Positions 60,806 to 64,000 of a stretch of DNA of 64,000 nucleotides are shown here, in pieces. Numbering within the stretch: the stretch's first letter is position 1; each line of letters begins with the position of its first letter. This DNA is from Rebecca billardiae RCC1528 (taxonomy: Eukaryota > Protista > Haptophyta): NCBI GenBank assembly GCA_965240325.2, contig OZ251232.1, positions 1,488,001 to 1,552,000 of the forward strand. Direction: 5' to 3'. Position numbers and translations under genes: made by a program. A model generated the notes under the pieces. The model was not told the DNA's origin. It saw nothing but the letters and a program-made list of their open reading frames with translations, and ran no database searches.

Positions 60806-61909
60806 CTACGCCAGTGACGGCGGCACGGCGGCAGCCAGGTCACGGGGGGGGTCGGCGAGGGACGCGGTGCGAGCCTGCTTGGCCGGCTTGGCGTCGCTCC
60901 CGCCAGCGGAGGAGGGCCCATCCTCCTCCGCCGGCGTGGACGGCTCGGTCGCCGCGCGCTTGCCGGCTGCCGCGGCGCCGGGGGGCAGGACCAGGCGGTA
61001 GTTGGACTCCCCGAGCGCCGGCCTGGCCTGTTGCACCTCGGGCCCGTCCGACGGCGCGGCCGCGGTTGGCGGCTGGGGTGGCGGGATGGCATCGTCGGAA
61101 CCCTCCCCCTCGGGCTCCTCCGCCTCCGGGCCGGCGGGGTCCGCCGCCTGTTGGTCGGCCGGCTGAGGAGCAGGGCGGCGCGCAGCGGCGGGCGGCGCGG
61201 GCGGCACAGGCGGCGCGGGCGGCACGCCCCACAGGTTGTGTGGGACGCGGGCGGCGCCGGCGATGCGGCGGCTCGGCTTGAGCGGCGCGAAGAAGATGGG
61301 GTGCTCGGGGTCGATGGGCATGAAACGGAGGCGGAGGAAGATCAGGTTCACACCGCCGGAGTAGATGTTGGTCTCGACGTGCTCACCGTTGGTCACGTAC
61401 TTGTTGATGTCGGGCACGATCTGCTCGTAGAGGGCCCTGTGGAACTGCACGAGCGTCATCGTGGGGCTAACCGGGAGCGTGAGGGACACGTCCTTCGCCT
61501 GGGTTGCGAGGTCGGCCGCCGACAGCGCGAGCATCTCCTGCGTGAGCTCCGTGGTGCACGCCGTGAAAATGTTCGGCATGCACAGGCTGGTGGCCAGGCG
61601 GCGGCAGATGGCCATGTTCTCGAGCACCGATCCGGTGAAGGAGAAAACGTGCTTATTGCCTTTGGGGTCCTGGGTGAGTCCTGCGAGCAGTCGCCCGCCT
61701 TGCGAGTTGGGCGCCACGTCGCTCAGGCAGCGCGCGCTCAGCTTGATCATCGTCGTGCACATCTGCAGGCCCGCATCCCGCCTGGCGGTGGGGGTGCTCG
61801 GCCGTTCCAGCTGCAGCCCGCGCTCGTAGTTGCTGGAAGAGGGGAAGAAGGTCAAGGCGCTCCTGCTGTTGAGACGGTCGCGGAACACGCCGTACTCGTA
61901 AGGGGGCAT
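60806..61909 (-). CDS. element-encoded 367-aa unknown protein, paralogue of 18518-19621
   Basis: Intact ORF of the same length as copy 1. Confidence 0.8.
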   Translation of the reverse strand: MPPYEYGVFRDRLNSRSALTFFPSSSNYERGLQLERPSTPTARRDAGLQMCTTMIKLSARCLSDVAPNSQGGRLLAGLTQDPKGNKHVFSFTGSVLENMAICRRLATSLCMPNIFTACTTELTQEMLALSAADLATQAKDVSLTLPVSPTMTLVQFHRALYEQIVPDINKYVTNGEHVETNIYSGGVNLIFLRLRFMPIDPEHPIFFAPLKPSRRIAGAARVPHNLWGVPPAPPVPPAPPAAARRPAPQPADQQAADPAGPEAEEPEGEGSDDAIPPPQPPTAAAPSDGPEVQQARPALGESNYRLVLPPGAAAAGKRAATEPSTPAEEDGPSSAGGSDAKPAKQARTASLADPPRDLAAAVPPSLA

Positions 61910-62818
61910 GGTAGCCGGTGTGGCGGGCGCGGGGCTGCGGAGGGGGGGGGGGGGGGGGGGGGGGCGGGTGCGGGCACTGCGGTGCGAGCGAGGTCGGTGC
62001 TGGTGCCAAAGGCATTTCGGCGCGCGGGGTTGAAATCAAATTTCAAAACCCAGGTCCGGAGTGGCCCCGCCGGTCCCCCGGACCACGGCGGCCCGTCGTG
62101 CGTTTCGGGGGGAGAGGGGTTTGTCGCGAAACGGGCAGGATGGGGAAGGGGGGGGGGGGGGGGCTCGCGGCCGCCGCGGGGAGGCCGGGACGGGCGCGGT
62201 CTCCACCTGAGGGCCGGGCGCTGCTCAGGAAGGAGGGCGGCCCACACTCCGCGTGTCGCTCCCCAGTGCCTCCGCACTTCGCCGTCGTGTCGGGATGAGC
62301 ATGCGCTTGGCGTCCGCACCGGGCCAGTCCTTGCATGGTCAGCAAGCAGGCGGGGGGGGGGGCGTGCGTGTGCAAGCGCGGGTGGATATGTCGTGTCTGC
62401 GATATGCGGAGTGTTGGATGCGGGTTGCGCCGGTGCCCCAGGGCACCGGTGAGTGTGTAGCTGTTTCGGGCACGCCTCGCGAACGCGAGGCGCTGGAAGA
62501 CATGGCCGAGGGAGGACCGCCTGGCTGGTCCCCAGCTGCTAAAAGATTCATCGAGAGTTCCCATTCAAAATGTGCTGGCGCGCGCGCCATTCATCAATTC
62601 ATCACCTGCGCTGCGCCGAGAATTGAGGCGAAGGACGGCAGACGCAAAAAAACATTTCGCTTCGAGATCGACAGAAGATCAAACTGGAGGCGGAGGGTCG
62701 CCCTCCCATATTTACTCCGTCCGCCGCCTCCCGGAAACTGCCGCCTGTGTCGCGTCAAAGCTGACGTTGGCGTCATCGTCTGCGCCTCGTCCAGACGGCC
62801 GAGCACCCGCCCCGAATC

Positions 62819-64000
62819 ATGGCGCCGACGACCGCGCTTGTGTCATGCGCCGTGCGTCCTTCGGACATGGACTCGACGGAGCAGCCCAAGTCGCTGCTCC
62901 CGATCGGTGGGCACCCCCTGCTTAAGCTCTCTCTCACGCAGCTCGTGAATGCGGGCATCGAGCGCGTTGTGCTCGTGCTCGGTTTCCACGGCCAGCACAT
63001 TCGCCAGATGATCGAGGCGGAGAAGGCCTTCAAGGAGGTCAAGTTCGACTTCATCGACCTCGGGGACGACTGGCGCGACGGCTTCTGCCCTTCCCTGCTC
63101 AAGGCGCGCGACGCCCTCAAGGACACCGGCGAGTTCATCCTGTGCACGTTCGACCACATCTTCGAGCCGAGCATCATCGAGCGCATGATCAAGATCCCGG
63201 CGACGCCAGACGGTACCACGTGCCTCGTGGACACGTCGCGCAACGAGCCGCTCGCCGGCTCGGGCGACTGCACGCGGCTCACCATCGTCGGCGAGGAGCG
63301 CTCCGTCACCAAGGTGAACCCGCCCGAGGCCGAGTCGTCGGGCACGGAGGCGGGCCTCTTCAAGACGACGCCATCCATCCTGGACGTGATGCAGGAGCTG
63401 CACGACTCGAAGCCGTACTTCCCGTTCTCGGCGGTGCTCCAGGAGCTCTCGTCGCGCGGCTCGCTGTACGCGATGCCCACCGAGGGCGCCCTCTGGTTCG
63501 CCATCGAGAACTTCCAGCAGCTCTCGAGCGTGCGCGAGCACGCGGCGACCGGCGCACCGCTCTTCGCAGGCATCCTCGGCGCCGAGGCTCCGAAGCGCAA
63601 GAGCTTCATCGCGCCGAGCTCGTCGGACCCGGACGCGATCTTCTCGCTGCCCGAGCGGCAGAAGGGCAAGATCGTCGGGCGCGACGACTCGCTCGGCCTG
63701 CCCAGGAAGATCAACGTGTGCCTCGTCGGCCTCGGCCGCGCAGGCCACTTTCACATGCGCTCGATGGCGATGCTCACGGACAAGGTGCGGCTGCTGTGGG
63801 TTGTCGACGTGAACGAGAAGGAGGTGGCGCGCGTGGCGAACGAGTTCGACTGCCACGGCACGGCGGACCTGGACATCCCGCTCAACGACGCCAACGTCGA
63901 CGCCGTGATCGTCGCGTCCACCACCTTCCTCCACTACGAGCACATCATCCGCTGCCTGAAGGCGGGCAAGGCGGTGCTCGCCGAGAAGCCCATCTCGCAC
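62819..64000 (+). CDS. fusion of nucleotidyltransferase-like (IPCT/LicC/MobA-type) domain and Gfo/Idh/MocA (myo-inositol 2-dehydrogenase-like) domain; 3'-partial
   Basis: The frame is open from ATG 62819 to the window end and is absent from the ORF track. It reads PKSLLPIGGHPLL...AGIERVVLVLGFHG...FILCTFDHIF...EAGLF...WFAIEN, then INVCLVGLGRAG...VDAVIVASTTFLH...AGKAVLAEKPIS. Confidence 0.88.
   Translation, partial: MAPTTALVSCAVRPSDMDSTEQPKSLLPIGGHPLLKLSLTQLVNAGIERVVLVLGFHGQHIRQMIEAEKAFKEVKFDFIDLGDDWRDGFCPSLLKARDALKDTGEFILCTFDHIFEPSIIERMIKIPATPDGTTCLVDTSRNEPLAGSGDCTRLTIVGEERSVTKVNPPEAESSGTEAGLFKTTPSILDVMQELHDSKPYFPFSAVLQELSSRGSLYAMPTEGALWFAIENFQQLSSVREHAATGAPLFAGILGAEAPKRKSFIAPSSSDPDAIFSLPERQKGKIVGRDDSLGLPRKINVCLVGLGRAGHFHMRSMAMLTDKVRLLWVVDVNEKEVARVANEFDCHGTADLDIPLNDANVDAVIVASTTFLHYEHIIRCLKAGKAVLAEKPISH

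Larger units (their letters stand above)
60310..62507. mobile_element. 2.2-kb dispersed repeat, copy 2 (Helitron-like ends)
   Basis: Near-identical to 18025-20238, with hairpins at 62430-62449 and 62473-62492. Inserted between two host genes. Confidence 0.85.

Overview
This is very GC-rich eukaryotic genomic DNA with short GT..AG introns full of (GC)n runs. The style suggests a haptophyte alga such as a Pavlovales/Diacronema-type genome, but that is an inference. About 16 host genes can be modelled: a REX1-B protein; a spliced 70-aa TAXIMIN-like peptide missed by the ORF track; a coiled-coil protein; a Pro-rich type-I membrane protein; a prolyl oligopeptidase; an EsV-1-7 repeat protein; a GT11/23-like glycosyltransferase; a DnaJ-ankyrin protein; a plastid-targeted conserved protein; a pseudo-GATase; a bestrophin; an EcKL kinase; a PX-TM-SRCR-TM receptor; a ~2940-aa tandem two-module CNBD/ankyrin channel; and an NTP-transferase/inositol-dehydrogenase fusion that runs off the window end. 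The genes are interleaved with many mobile elements. These are a decayed piggyBac-like element; two near-identical copies of a 2.2-kb hairpin-terminated element carrying an unknown 367-aa gene with a diversifying N-terminus; three members of an asymmetric-end TWA-target family, one carrying an HTH plus ubiquitin-protease gene fragment and two joined tail-to-tail into a ~290-bp palindrome; and two foldback elements. All family assignments come from motif recognition by eye; no searches were run.
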